Shown piece by piece: positions 24,535 to 36,464 of a stretch of DNA of 64,000 nt. The position numbers and the translations under genes are program-made. Under the pieces are notes generated by a model that made no database searches, was not told the origin of the DNA, and was given only the letters and a program-made list of their open reading frames with translations. The stretch covers positions 4,042,040-4,106,039 of the forward strand of contig SMSO01000035.1 in NCBI GenBank assembly GCA_004764695.1, written 5' to 3'. The stretch comes from Schizochytrium sp. TIO01 (lineage: Eukaryota; Protista; Bigyra: Labyrinthulomycetes). How positions within the stretch are numbered: the stretch's first letter is position 1; the number at the start of each line of letters is the position of its first letter.

Positions 24535-25432
24535 ACACACTGAAGAAAAGCACAGCGAGCTTACAACACTTGCTCGCTAGTTTGGGAATAAGAGTAAGAT
24601 GATTTCATTAGCATTCTCCAATCTCATGTTGTATGATCAAATCTTCATCTTTTTACAACCTGCTGAATTATATGTGCTGAATGGTGCTCCAATGGAGCAA
24701 CCATCACCCTTCCTGGCTATAACTGTATATCATGCTTCATCAAAGCAACCAAGAGGATTTTTTTTCTTCTCATTCCCTCATTTTAAACCCCTTAGTTTTC
24801 CGATTCGTTTTTATATTTTCATTGTCAGTATTATGTGTATACATAGAGATGTCGACTAGACAATAAGATTCATATTTATAAGTTTGAGCCTAAACTATAT
24901 CATCATGCGTCTTGACACTGTACACTAGCTGGACCACTTTTTGAAAAAACCAATAACCTGGACTAGCTAGCTGAAATTTCTAAGTAGCTTAATTATATTC
25001 AGTTAACATATTCATTTAAATTTCTTTTATCATCGTTCGTTACCAAAAATAATTTGGTAATAATTTCTATAATGGTCAATTAAATTGACGAATGTCTTAA
25101 ACCTATATTTGTCTGATGTACTTTTAGACTTGTGCAATTACCCTTTACAATGAATGAATTTTCTAAAACCTAAACACTTCCAATTTATAGCCGTTGAGAT
25201 GTGAGTAATCAAGTAGCAGTAATAGGGACCTAGTAATTACTCTTATCTATGATACTGTATTGGCTAATGTGAAAAAATCATATGAAGCATAGCACCAGAG
25301 AACCCTGGAATTAGATAACCTTTTCAAGAACCCCTGCACTATAAGCTTGAATCGGCTTACTCGTTACCAGATGTTGACCTCATATAATAGAAGAACTTGA
25401 TAGTAGTACAGCAAATCAGAAGCGGAAGGCTC

Positions 25433-26503
25433 ATGTATCTTGCAGGGTGGAAGGCGTCACATGATCTCGTTCTTGCAAATTGCACAGCTTCGTGTGAAGA
25501 TGTAGGCAGAGGGACCTGCGAGTGGAGTGAATCCTACCAAATATATGTATGTATTTGCGCAAATGGTTGGACACGTGATAACATGCATGTTTGGAATGTG
25601 CCAATATCTTGTACCACTCCTGTTGCAGGGCAACTCGTAATTGATGTGGTTGCAGCACTGGCTGCCGCAGCAACTTTTGCAGGCTCTATTCGACTATTGT
25701 GGCGACGGACGTATGCTGACGACGAAGGACTTCTACGCTTGACACAAATGATATGTGCCACATCAGCTTTCAACTTTCTGTATGACGTCTTACGGTTTGC
25801 TTCCTTAGACTTCTCAGTTGCTAGCTCGCTTTTGCACTGCTTCTATATGTGCGGTGCGTTTCAAGTTTTTCGTGCTCAAATAATCATTCTTGCGAACAAA
25901 GCATTTGGACTCCTTCACGAGGATGTGACCAAACTTAAAGGTTTTGTCGTGCACTACGCGCGTATTGTAGCTTGGTCTAGTCACTTGATGGATATCACAA
26001 GTTTCATTTTATTTTTCGCAAGGTTCTGGTCAATAATCGGATGGCGAACACTTGATATCGATGCCTTAAATGAAGGTTGTATCTTGCAGCTTGTATTTTG
26101 TTGCATGGCAATCATAATAACGACGGTGAATTTTGTTATTTTTGCAAGTGTACTGAGACAATTGCTGAACACTGAGGTCCAAACACAAATGAGCGATCTC
26201 CAGATCAATGAGTTCAAACGACGCTCCAAAGTCCTCACATACCTCTTAAAGAACCTAGGTGCTACACTTTTTTTAGGAAGCATAGTATCACTTATTACGG
26301 CATCCGTTTGCTTCAAAGCATATATGCTAGATAACGAAGAATTGGACAATGTATGGTTATGTTTTGCTGTTGCGCAATTTAATGTAGCGTTCAGTTTCCT
26401 GGACATTTTTACAGTGTTACCTAAGTTCGCTCAACTAGCGCCTGTGCTAGAAATGAGAGGATTGAGTAAATCAGTTCTTGGTACAAAAAGCACAACTTTC
26501 TAG
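25433..26503 (+). CDS. Orphan EGF-like + 7TM membrane protein, paralog C
   Basis: Same Cys spacing as paralog B (NCTASCEDVGRGTC...VCICANGWTRD..WNVPISC) and colinear with it throughout. First ATG at 25433. Confidence 0.8.
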   Translation: MYLAGWKASHDLVLANCTASCEDVGRGTCEWSESYQIYVCICANGWTRDNMHVWNVPISCTTPVAGQLVIDVVAALAAAATFAGSIRLLWRRTYADDEGLLRLTQMICATSAFNFLYDVLRFASLDFSVASSLLHCFYMCGAFQVFRAQIIILANKAFGLLHEDVTKLKGFVVHYARIVAWSSHLMDITSFILFFARFWSIIGWRTLDIDALNEGCILQLVFCCMAIIITTVNFVIFASVLRQLLNTEVQTQMSDLQINEFKRRSKVLTYLLKNLGATLFLGSIVSLITASVCFKAYMLDNEELDNVWLCFAVAQFNVAFSFLDIFTVLPKFAQLAPVLEMRGLSKSVLGTKSTTF

Positions 26504-26690
26504 CGATGCAATACAATATAATATAATAATCACTTTTCTTTCGTCCTAGTTTTTAGATTAGGTCTTGCTGGTATATCAGCAACTCCATACATCCAATTTA
26601 AAAAAAAAGTAAAGTTAAACACAGTCTGAAAAGATGTTAGCTTCATTACTAACAAGAGGTCTTATTTGAGGTCTTCTCAATCAGCTTTAT

Positions 26691-27507
26691 TCAATGGTTA
26701 GGATAGGAAGATGAATATTCTCCAAGCAATTTATGATCTGAAATTCCCACCTCAAGCTCCATCACTGAGAGCTTGCTAGCTTGTGCCTCGCCTCGGTAAA
26801 AGTCTGCCATTACCTCTAGATTATCAGCTTTTGCCTTCAACGCAGCGATCTGTTTCTCAAAGTCTAGCCGTTGCTGTTCTATAGCACGGCGCAGCTCGCT
26901 CTCCAAGCGTTTACGTAGTGATATTTCATGTTGAATTTTATCTTGAAGTAACTTTTCATTGTCTTTTACTACTTTGCTCTTTATGAGAAAGAGCAGTTTC
27001 TAATTCGCCAATACGTCTTTCCCTGCGGTTAATTTCTGTTTTCGTCTCCTCAAGCTGTTGTAATAGTTCTAATTTACTTTCTCGAAGCTGTTTTCGTTCA
27101 CTTGCGAAAAGAGACGCTGCTTTAGACGCTTGCTCTTGAGTTTGAGATAGTTGTTCGCGGAGTTTGCAAACTTGTGCATACATTTGAACTTTTTCTTTAG
27201 GTAAATTGTGAAGCTTGTGGTACATTTGAGCGTGTTCGTAGGTCTCTTTCTCAAAGTTGGCTTTTTTATATCGCGTTATAGCCTGAGAGCGAGCTTCCAT
27301 AGCATCTTTTAACAAAGAGTCTATTGCATCCGCTGCTCGAAGTGCTTCTTCATCAAGAGACCAGCTCTTGAAGGCAACTTCATTCACATTGTCCGCTGTC
27401 TCTGGTGCTATATATGAATTCAGACTCTCATCGTGGTCTCCCTGAAACCTGTCATTTCGATGTGGTGCTGGATCCTTCAGTGGGGTTCTTTGCTGGGAGC
27501 TGCTCAT
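26691..27507 (-). CDS. Coiled-coil hypothetical protein; +1 frameshift at ~26974
   Basis: ORF 26956-27507 continues as EQ/VVKDNEKLLQDKIQHEISLRKRLESELRR into ORF 26691-26906 if one A is removed from CAA-A-GTA. E/K/Q/L-rich heptad character. Confidence 0.7.
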
Positions 27508-27778
27508 TGTGCTCTAGAAAGCCTATACCCTGGCTGTATATTCTTCTTCCCCGAGCAAGCAGCTTTCTACAAGGCCATAGAGAGCCTAGATTGCCCCAAT
27601 CTTTTAGCGTACCATATTCTCTTTGTTAAGTTGCCTTCAGATCCGTTAGTCATATCGAGGGAAAGAAAATGTTTTTATTGTTAATTATGTATATGTATGA
27701 TATGTATGTTTTTGGTTTTTTATTTTTGTTTTTAATTATATACGCCTATAGAAGTATAAATATGTGTAATATATACTC

Positions 27779-28191
27779 ATGGACTTCCTTCGCGATCCGG
27801 AGTCTTCCCCACCTGCCAGTACAAGAATTTGGACAGTCCCTAACGTTGAAATTTCGTATTCTCCGGTGCTCCAGAAAACTAAGCAGACCCACGAGAATGA
27901 TTTGCCAACGTCCAGTCGTACATTGACGCTAGATACCCTGCTGCGATGTTCTTGTATGCAGCTACATTCCAAGAGGACGCTAACCACGGGATCTCATATG
28001 CAAAGGTTTCACAGGAATTGCGTGACTTCTACAAGAACGAGAACCGTCCCTTCTCCTCTACAAGAGCCCATTTCGCAACGTTGGACAGTTTCCTAATTTT
28101 TGCCACAAGACCTGAAACTCTATTGGCCCTTCAACGCAACACTTGGGAGTTAATGGCTCTGAAAAATCATCTCCATCCCCTCCCAAGGTGA
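27779..28191 (+). pseudogene. Small orphan ORF (~137 aa) split by a -1 lesion at ~27901
   Basis: MDFLRDPES...THEND/FANVQSYIDARYPAAMFLYAATFQED...HPLPR joins if one T is added to GATTTGCC. Flanks are very AT-rich. Confidence 0.4.
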
Positions 28192-29374
28192 CCTCCTCTT
28201 CATCTCTCCAGACCTATTTCTACTCATCCAGTATTTACTAATCATAAAATTTTCTTTTACTTACTCACTCATACGCGCTACTTATCTTTATCTTAATTTT
28301 TAATCCCAAGGCGCACTTCAGACACCCTACTATATATACCATTTATTAAAATAAATAAATAAACACGAGCTTCGTTTGACTTCATTTGTTTTTTGCACTT
28401 GTCATCACAAATACAAACACCCAAAACAAATAAATATCCTAGATCACTTCATCTTTAGTACGCTCGCTGACAACCCAAAAGAAAAGCAACAAAAAACTAA
28501 AGTAAAGGAAACATTTTGTGACTTCAGAGCTAAATAGATTTCTGTGGACATTGGCTTTCAAATGTATCCGAAAGGTACAGTCTCTACACAAATCAACAGA
28601 ATGATTGGCTATCTTTTGACTGCTTAAAGAGAACGTGATTGATTACTACTAACGCTTATCAGCCGTGACAGAGGTTTAACTCCTCTAGCTAATTACATAA
28701 ACAATTGCCAACTAAAGTTGGAACTACGTAGATACATCGAGAACATGATAAAATTCTCAACTCAACAACCACATTTTAGTCAGTATACCGTATGATTCTT
28801 ATAAAGCATCGCACATGTCGTTCTTGCACTCATATATAGCGCCTGTAGTGTCTATGACTCATACACTAATTTATAACTTGATCCATGTCTGTTCACCTCG
28901 AACTTACAACCTTACCTTAACTCATTGTCTTAACAAGTATTATTATTATTATTGTTATTATTAATTTAATTTTAACTTAGAAATTTGAAGAAAAAGTTAC
29001 ATTTAAAATAAAATAAATAATACATTTATTAGACCATGTTTGCAAATTATATGGAGATCAGAAATGACCGGCGGACTTAAATTCATATCCTATGCAGATC
29101 TGCGGCCTGGCGCAGAGAAGACAGCACAGAGAATAAACCCATATATACCATAATGCCAAATAGCTTATGGGCGTTTAGTGTCGCGGAACAGGCACAATTT
29201 GTTTCTCTTTGTTTCTTTCGCTCCTTTTTTTATTACGTTCCGAGATCGTTTAAAGAACCCCTCAAAAACTAAATTTTCTTCAAAATAACTTTTGTGGAAA
29301 GTCCCAAGAACTTGTTTCCTGGACAGGAGCTTTTGTGAAAAGTAAATCCATTTCCCAAAAGCGTTCATCTGAAT

Positions 29375-31648
29375 ATGAGCATTTCATTACGCCGGGGAGA
29401 CTTATCAACTGAAGCCTTTATTGAAGCAGCAAAGGCTGGAGATGAGAGCATATTCGAAAGATTACGCCAAAGCAGGCGAATTAAGTGTCGAATGCGGCAT
29501 TTAAACACTCCCATACACATATCGACAGGTGCGTGTAAGCAAGGAGTTGAGATTGCACTTAGATTCAAGCACTACAGTTGGCTTCATAAGGCCCTTCACC
29601 TTTGCACTTGTGCAGCTACTTATGTTGCAGATAGCGCAGTCGATTTACGAGATGCTGACCTCCTGCATATTTCATGGAAACATTTATCATTAGCACAGCA
29701 GAAACTTATTTTCAATCATGTTTGTAATGTGGATAATAGGCGTCTTGTTTCTCATTTGTGTCGTATTCAGTCTTTCAACAGAAATACGCTTTCTGGAGAT
29801 TCGGTTTTGATCTCCGGAATATCAAATGTCATAGCTCGACCAAATGTAAAACTCATGAAATTGATAATGAAACATGTGCTTCATATTGACTCGGCCATGT
29901 TAGTGCTATTAGCAAGACAATGTTTTCTATGCAATGCCTGGGACTCGCTTCTGATATTAAGAACAAAATTTCCAAAGGTTTTAAATGACATTACGTTAAT
30001 AAGAGAAGCCGCTGAACTTGGTCTATGGGAACCACTTCAACGGTCTTTAGCCCTTGCACATAGATTCCAAAGGGCCTTCAACGAAGCCATCGTGACTAGT
30101 GCAGCAGTAGGTCATGTCACTCTGGTGAAAAATCTTCTTTTAATGGAGCAATATGAAGGGCATTGGCCATTACAAGCAGCACTTGCAAGTAGTGCTGTTT
30201 CTAGCGCAGCACACCGTGAATGCCTTCGAGTCCTTCTCTTGCATCCTAATTGCAACCAAAAACGTATCTTACTCGAGGCTTTGCATAGACAAAATCACAA
30301 TTTATTGCACGAAATTCTGGAACACGTATCTCCTTTGGATACAATTGTCTCACCTGACATAGCTACCAAAATGGCAATGCTGGGGAACGCAGCATTGGTC
30401 AAACAGATACTCAGCAACATGTGCTTAAGTAAAAGCGCCCACCTCTCACTTTTGCGAGGTGCAATGCTTGGGCGATGTGTAAATATTTTTAGAGACCTAC
30501 TTCGTACAGATGTTGACCTATCTTTCGACAACTATGGACTTGTCAAGGAGACTCTGCTAATTCAAAAACATTTCATGGAGAACAGAGAATATATGGCCGT
30601 GGAGGAAATACAGAAGTTTCTCTGGTGTTACGCTCATCAACAAATTCCTCCCACTATAGCTCAGGAGATCTTTAATACAACCTCGTATATATACATTATC
30701 GAGTTAATGTTAACATATCCATGCGATATAGATGTGAGTGCGCAGTGTAATCGAGCTCTCTTTCTAATACTGGCTCGTGGTGGACAGCCCTTCTCTCTTT
30801 ACAGGTCACTTTTTGCACACCAGCGATTTGTAGCGAACAAAGCCGACCATCATCGTGAGATAACTCAAATTCCTCTTGCTGAGCTTATTTTAAATTTCGA
30901 CTTCAAAGAAGTTCAGTCAAAGCCACTTCTCGTTATGTTTTTGAGAAAACAGGAACATCATCCACTCGATGTTGACCAATGGACAAACATTTTACAACTA
31001 GCAACTGTTAGCTGGCATGTCGAGTTGCTGTATAAACTTCCTCCTCAAAGTTTCAATGGTAAAGCATGGAAACAGGTTCTTGAAACTCGTATGCTTCGGA
31101 TGATCCAGATGTTTGGTAGCTCTGAAGGTCTTAGCGCAGCTGGAATTAAGTACTGGAAAAATGACCCGACATTATGGCTTCTTAATGATCCACACATATC
31201 TGCTCACCGAGTTATTCTAGATGCCACTATTTTACGACGGTTTTTATCCATAGCTGACGCTCTCCGCGGTATAGAAAAGTTCGAAGTAAATGATTGGGGT
31301 CTTGATCAACTGCATGTAATCCTGCTTGCTCCTATCGTACGGTTTTCGCTCACGCTGAGCCCAAGTACTCTGCCGATTGAATTCCGAGTGCCACTTCAAC
31401 ATAGCAAACAGTTTCGGAATGAGGTTGTCAAAGAGGTGTTAACTTTACTTCAAAAACTGCAAGACAATCCCGCATATACCGGACTGCCCTTGTATAGTTC
31501 GATCAGGGTTGTTGTTCTTTGCCTCTGTCGTGAAAAATACCAAGCCTTATCTCTACCTTCATTCGAACAAAGCTGTGCATATTTGGCAGGCTTCAGGTCG
31601 AGTTCATCTCCAACAACTCGCGCTCCTGAGCATCTATGGTATTTGTAA
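29375..31648 (+). CDS. Degenerate ankyrin-repeat-like hypothetical protein (757 aa)
   Basis: Long intronless ORF with ankyrin-like units (AFIEAAKAGDESIFERL, AIVTSAAVGHVTLVKNLLL, AMLGNAALVKQIL, IDVSAQCNRAL). Confidence 0.65.
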   Translation: MSISLRRGDLSTEAFIEAAKAGDESIFERLRQSRRIKCRMRHLNTPIHISTGACKQGVEIALRFKHYSWLHKALHLCTCAATYVADSAVDLRDADLLHISWKHLSLAQQKLIFNHVCNVDNRRLVSHLCRIQSFNRNTLSGDSVLISGISNVIARPNVKLMKLIMKHVLHIDSAMLVLLARQCFLCNAWDSLLILRTKFPKVLNDITLIREAAELGLWEPLQRSLALAHRFQRAFNEAIVTSAAVGHVTLVKNLLLMEQYEGHWPLQAALASSAVSSAAHRECLRVLLLHPNCNQKRILLEALHRQNHNLLHEILEHVSPLDTIVSPDIATKMAMLGNAALVKQILSNMCLSKSAHLSLLRGAMLGRCVNIFRDLLRTDVDLSFDNYGLVKETLLIQKHFMENREYMAVEEIQKFLWCYAHQQIPPTIAQEIFNTTSYIYIIELMLTYPCDIDVSAQCNRALFLILARGGQPFSLYRSLFAHQRFVANKADHHREITQIPLAELILNFDFKEVQSKPLLVMFLRKQEHHPLDVDQWTNILQLATVSWHVELLYKLPPQSFNGKAWKQVLETRMLRMIQMFGSSEGLSAAGIKYWKNDPTLWLLNDPHISAHRVILDATILRRFLSIADALRGIEKFEVNDWGLDQLHVILLAPIVRFSLTLSPSTLPIEFRVPLQHSKQFRNEVVKEVLTLLQKLQDNPAYTGLPLYSSIRVVVLCLCREKYQALSLPSFEQSCAYLAGFRSSSSPTTRAPEHLWYL

Positions 31649-32267
31649 ATTACATATGAACCTGTGTCCTTAGGTCGCGTCTTCTTTAAAAAGTAAGATA
31701 TTCTCCTGCCACTGTTATATTTAAAGAATGAGATTGGGTCCGGTCATGAAATTTCATTAAAGTCCATTCCTGCACATATTTTTTCTCGTGTTTGCAATCT
31801 GTGCACTGTAACAGGTTCAAGATATGAAGAACCATCTTGCTTGGGTCACTGAGCAGTGTATTCGAGTTGAGATGTCAAGATATTCTCTGCATCAGCGAAA
31901 TTATCCCCTTAAACAAGCTTAAATATTTCAGTCTTCCATGAAGCGCCAACAGCTTCAGCAAAAATTAGCCAAGCCAACGCACGTGCTACTCTGGGCTGAT
32001 TTTTATATCTAAAGCACCCCTTGTATATATCCCTTTGAGATCGAAAATACATGGCCCGGTTGCAAAAGGAGAGCACAATATATAAAGATGCTTAATCAAG
32101 TGAATGTGTTTTTGTGACAAGCGTACGGAGGGTTTTAATATTCAATATTTACCCTAAATATCCAAGATTTGAAGCTTTAACTGAATAATTATTCAAAGAT
32201 ATATCACGTAGTAATAAGAATCTTGAAGGCCCCAAAAGAGTAACATGTTACCAAAAAAATCATCTAA

Positions 32268-35129
32268 TTATTTTGAGTTAGGGTCCCACTCAAACGGAGC
32301 TGGCGGCTCAACGTTGTCATCATCCTCGTCTTCCTCAGCATTCAGAGCGGCTCCTGTCGGAGGCACTGTTACTTTCATTACATCTTCGTCATCACCAGGT
32401 TGACGGTCGCGCAGCACGAAAATGCCCATGGGGTTAGCCATAGGATAAACCGGAGTGTACCGTTGACCATCATCTACCTTAAAGCGGATGTACTTGCTTT
32501 GCTGAGCGGTGACGCGGAGTGGGTTGGTGAGTTTGGTAACCACCACTTCGTGTTCTGGAGAGTCCTCCTTTTTAGACTTTTTGCCTTCTGCGCCTTCATC
32601 TTCATCCATTGCTTCAAGCCCGGTGTCCTTGCGTTTAAGTGCTTCACGGGCTTTTGCTTTTGCTGTCATTGAAAGTACTGCTGTCTTTACGCGCACTTGC
32701 TTTTTCTCCTTCTTCTCTTGGATAGGCTTGGGATAGTCAAAGTACTTGAGATCTTCAAAGCAGTCAACTTCGAACTTTGTTGGCATATCAAGCTGCCAGT
32801 TCACACCAATCAAAGCGGTCGGCGTAAGGGTGAGAGAAATCATGTGGAGCATCGGGTACCAGTACCAGTATTGCATAAAGAGAACCATGCCAACCATGGC
32901 GGGGGGCTTGGTGAATCCAGTGCGGGATTTAAGTTCCACTTTGACGTTGCGACCACCAGCATCGATCAAGCCAGTAGCGAGGATGGCTCCCATGCGAGTC
33001 ATTGTAGGGGAATGCTTTGCATCTCCAATGGTTTCAGAAAGTTTCTGGCGAAGGGTCTTTGCTTTGTGATGGGTCTCGGGGTTTTGCTGCATGAGTAGCA
33101 TAGAGCAGGTCAAAAGAGCACCCTGCTTGACAAAGTCGACCTTATCTTCCTTGAGGTGCTCCAACAGGCTTAACGCCTCAGAGGGGTCATCCATATGCGC
33201 GCAACCAATCGCAAGAGCCATGCATGCACCGTACCGAACGTGAGGGTTGTAACTCTCGGAGAGAAGCGCAATCAGTTCTGGAAGACGCTCGGGCACATTG
33301 AGCATGACAAAACCTAGAGAGGTAACAGCGGCGCGGCGAACATCGTCAGCAACATCAGAGACAGCCACATGCAAAAGACGGCGAATCGCAGCATTGTTGG
33401 CAGTACCAGCATAGGCCAGTCCTACGGTGTACATACCTCCATAACGAAGGATAGGGTCTTTGTCGCGGCAGAGCTGCTCAATAAGAGCATCTGCAGCTTC
33501 TTCCTGACCGTACATGATCATAGCGACAGAGAGTCCGAGACCACGAATGATCTTTTCGTGTTGTGTATCATGCGCATAGCCTAGCATATCGGCAATGATG
33601 TCCGCGTGCTTAGAGCCACCTCCAAGCATAACCATGCCCATTGCGAGCGCAGCAGCCTCGCCTGCAACGGCGTTGTCATTATACACAACATTCTGCAACT
33701 TCTCTACGAGTCCCGTGTCACCAGAGGCCATCGCCACAAGCCCAACACCAAGAGAGGCACCATGTTGCAAAGCCTCACGCGCAGTCTCATTCTCTTGGTT
33801 GCCAGCGCCATCAAGAGCAGTGGTCAAATAATCAAGTGCGCTCGTACCTTCCTCGTTGTTCGCACCTTCAGCAGCATGGATGAGTCCCAGGGCATAAAGA
33901 GCACCACCTTCGGAGTACGGGCTTTGCGAAGCACCAGCACCAAGCTCCGAGGGCAGGTAAGGTTGCAAAAGATCCATGCTGGGCTTTACATTACCCTTGT
34001 GGATGACACCAAGACTTGCTGTAGCTGTAAACTTGGCCCAGTTAGTGGCACGACTGAGCCACTCTAGGTTATTTCTCACGAAGGAATCCACAGTAGTACC
34101 TGCTTGAAGGTAGCCGTGAGCAACGATAGTTGCATTATGAAGAACAGAATTCTTCCTGCCCTGCTCAACAGATTGTTTAAGGAGCTTCAGGCCCAGAGCA
34201 TCCGTCTTGTTATTCCGATAGAGGAAGTCGAGGTACATTGCTGTGCTAACACCCTGGCCAAGAATTTCACGCACAGTCAGCAAGCGGCGCTCCTCACCAT
34301 CAGGGAGCTCCTCAGCGGTCTTGGATCCTGAAGGCTTGGGTAATTCAGCAAGAAGACTTGCGACAAATTGCTGATCTTGGAGCTCCATCAGATCAAATGC
34401 AGCTTGATAGGCAGTAAGGTAGTCATCGCCTTCATTTTCAATGAGCTTCACCAGAAGTGCGGAGAATTTCTTGACCTCATCGAGATAATGTAGGCATGTG
34501 GCAAGCTCAATGTATTTGCATGAGTCCCGCTGCCCTTCGTAAAGGCGCACAAGAGTGCCGAAGACTTCCCGGCGAAATCCGCGACTAGAAACGTGGCGCT
34601 GACAAATCTGCATACAATGAGAGAGCATCTCGGGGAGCTGGTCGCCAGAGCGGACAAGCGCGTCCTCCACCTTGTCCAGACGCTGAGCCTCCAGGGCAAT
34701 ACCCAAGGCCTGAGAGAAATTACCCAAAGAGTAGCACTTCTCGAACATACCTTCTACAATGCGTTCAAGTTTGGCATCTACAGTGGCATCCTCACTGCGC
34801 AGAGCAATGTACTGTTCAATGCATTTCCCCACAATTGTGACCTCGTACTCTCCACTAGATCCAACATCGAAGAAATCACCAGCAGACAATGCCAGCCGCA
34901 AGGCATCATCATACTCCTCAAGGTGGTAAAACGTCTTGCTCGCAACGTAAGCCGCCAGCTTCTGGTGCGGAAAGGTTTCATCCTCCGAGAGGGTTTCGAT
35001 AGTGTCCAAGGAGTCTGCCACCTCAGCCCAATGCTCATCGAGGACGGCAAGGAGCTTCTCAAGGGCATAAGCCTGAAGCTTCAGGTCCTCCTCATCGAGG
35101 AGGCTCAAAAGTCCTGAGACACTGTTCAT
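32268..35129 (-). CDS. PSMD1: 26S proteasome regulatory subunit RPN2
   Basis: NLEWLSRATNWAKFTATASLGVIHKG, PC repeats, LLHVAVSDVADDVRRAAV, QYWYWYPM, terminal EPPAPFEW. Confidence 0.97.
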   Translation of the reverse strand: MNSVSGLLSLLDEEDLKLQAYALEKLLAVLDEHWAEVADSLDTIETLSEDETFPHQKLAAYVASKTFYHLEEYDDALRLALSAGDFFDVGSSGEYEVTIVGKCIEQYIALRSEDATVDAKLERIVEGMFEKCYSLGNFSQALGIALEAQRLDKVEDALVRSGDQLPEMLSHCMQICQRHVSSRGFRREVFGTLVRLYEGQRDSCKYIELATCLHYLDEVKKFSALLVKLIENEGDDYLTAYQAAFDLMELQDQQFVASLLAELPKPSGSKTAEELPDGEERRLLTVREILGQGVSTAMYLDFLYRNNKTDALGLKLLKQSVEQGRKNSVLHNATIVAHGYLQAGTTVDSFVRNNLEWLSRATNWAKFTATASLGVIHKGNVKPSMDLLQPYLPSELGAGASQSPYSEGGALYALGLIHAAEGANNEEGTSALDYLTTALDGAGNQENETAREALQHGASLGVGLVAMASGDTGLVEKLQNVVYNDNAVAGEAAALAMGMVMLGGGSKHADIIADMLGYAHDTQHEKIIRGLGLSVAMIMYGQEEAADALIEQLCRDKDPILRYGGMYTVGLAYAGTANNAAIRRLLHVAVSDVADDVRRAAVTSLGFVMLNVPERLPELIALLSESYNPHVRYGACMALAIGCAHMDDPSEALSLLEHLKEDKVDFVKQGALLTCSMLLMQQNPETHHKAKTLRQKLSETIGDAKHSPTMTRMGAILATGLIDAGGRNVKVELKSRTGFTKPPAMVGMVLFMQYWYWYPMLHMISLTLTPTALIGVNWQLDMPTKFEVDCFEDLKYFDYPKPIQEKKEKKQVRVKTAVLSMTAKAKAREALKRKDTGLEAMDEDEGAEGKKSKKEDSPEHEVVVTKLTNPLRVTAQQSKYIRFKVDDGQRYTPVYPMANPMGIFVLRDRQPGDDEDVMKVTVPPTGAALNAEEDEDDDNVEPPAPFEWDPNSK

Positions 35130-36464
35130 GGTTTATTCGCAGCCGATATCTTTCACACAGGCCAGATCAGTGTCCAGACTACGCGAGTAAAGGTCTGAAA
35201 CGTCGGGGTGAACTGCGATAAACACAGTTCAGTTATTTAGGTTGAACTTTGATATCTGAGAATGTTGATGAAGGTGCCGATAGATATGGACAGATCGAAA
35301 TGCTGAGCGAAGGCGAGAGAAGCCGCACAGGCCCCGCCGCCGGACAGCCACGATTCGGTTCAAGATCCGCGATACGTCGCTGGGGACGCTTCGCCGTGCC
35401 GCTGCTCGCTCTCCCCGTGCAAACGGAGTCTGGCGAACGAACGGAGTTTGCTCTCACTCGCGCTTCCTTTGCGCTCTTTCTCTTTGCTCAAATTCAAATT
35501 CGCTCCAATTCACTTTAGCACTCATACAATCCGCTACTTGTTCGTACCAAGCCAAGTCAACTATAGCTCCTATAAGCTACTTGTAATTCAAAACAATCCA
35601 TAGTATGTGACCTTGACAAGTGACTTATACCTCAGATTCCTCTTTCAAGCGAAGAATCGTTCGCCGCCTTCCCTCTATCTTTCCCTGGCCCAGGTCTCTA
35701 TAGTAGCTCCTATTCAAAAGACTAAGACCAGCGCAAGCCCATATTACCCGCCTTTACCAACGGCGGCGAAGCTTCACTGCTGGGGCATGGCGCACGGAGG
35801 AGGAGATAAAGGATATCATGTATTACCGAGAATATCCTGTGACATGTCAAGTATCAAGGATATTATGAACTAATAAGAATATCATGGGGATACGGGGGTA
35901 GCCGTTGGACTTCGACTTTGGACATCAGATGATGGATTCTTTCTATCTTGAGCTTGCGCTTGCGCTTGCGCTTGAGCTTTAATTAGGAATGAGGATAAGA
36001 GACAGAGGAAGAGACAGAACGAACCAAAGGTATGCAGAAACTTAAGTATAATATCTGAATGAAGGAGATTAGATATTGGTCTGAGACTAGTGCTGTGGAG
36101 CGAGGGAATGAAAAATGCATTGGCGCAATGAAAGATCCCATGTAGGAATAACCAGGTTCGAGTTGAGATAGCAAAAACTCTATATAGCGAGTACACACAT
36201 ACTCTTCTTAACATTTTCTTTGTTAGAAACTACAGGCATTATGATTGAAAAATAATTGACTAGTGTTTGCAAAGGAGCAATAGTGAGCTGAGGAGGTGAG
36301 GTCGCTCCTGAAGAGTGACAACGTACGAGTTAGTCCATTTCAGTTTGCAAACAAATAATCTGTCTGCCACTGCGATAAGTTTTAATGGCGGTTGCCTAGT
36401 GCGCAGATACAGATTTGGCCACCTTCTCACCACCTGACAATCAAGTTAGGGTGCAACTCACATT

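Noticed and set aside
15046-35129. PSMA6 and PSMD1 as a proteasome gene cluster
   Set aside because: 16 kb apart with unrelated genes between them; chance proximity is sufficient.
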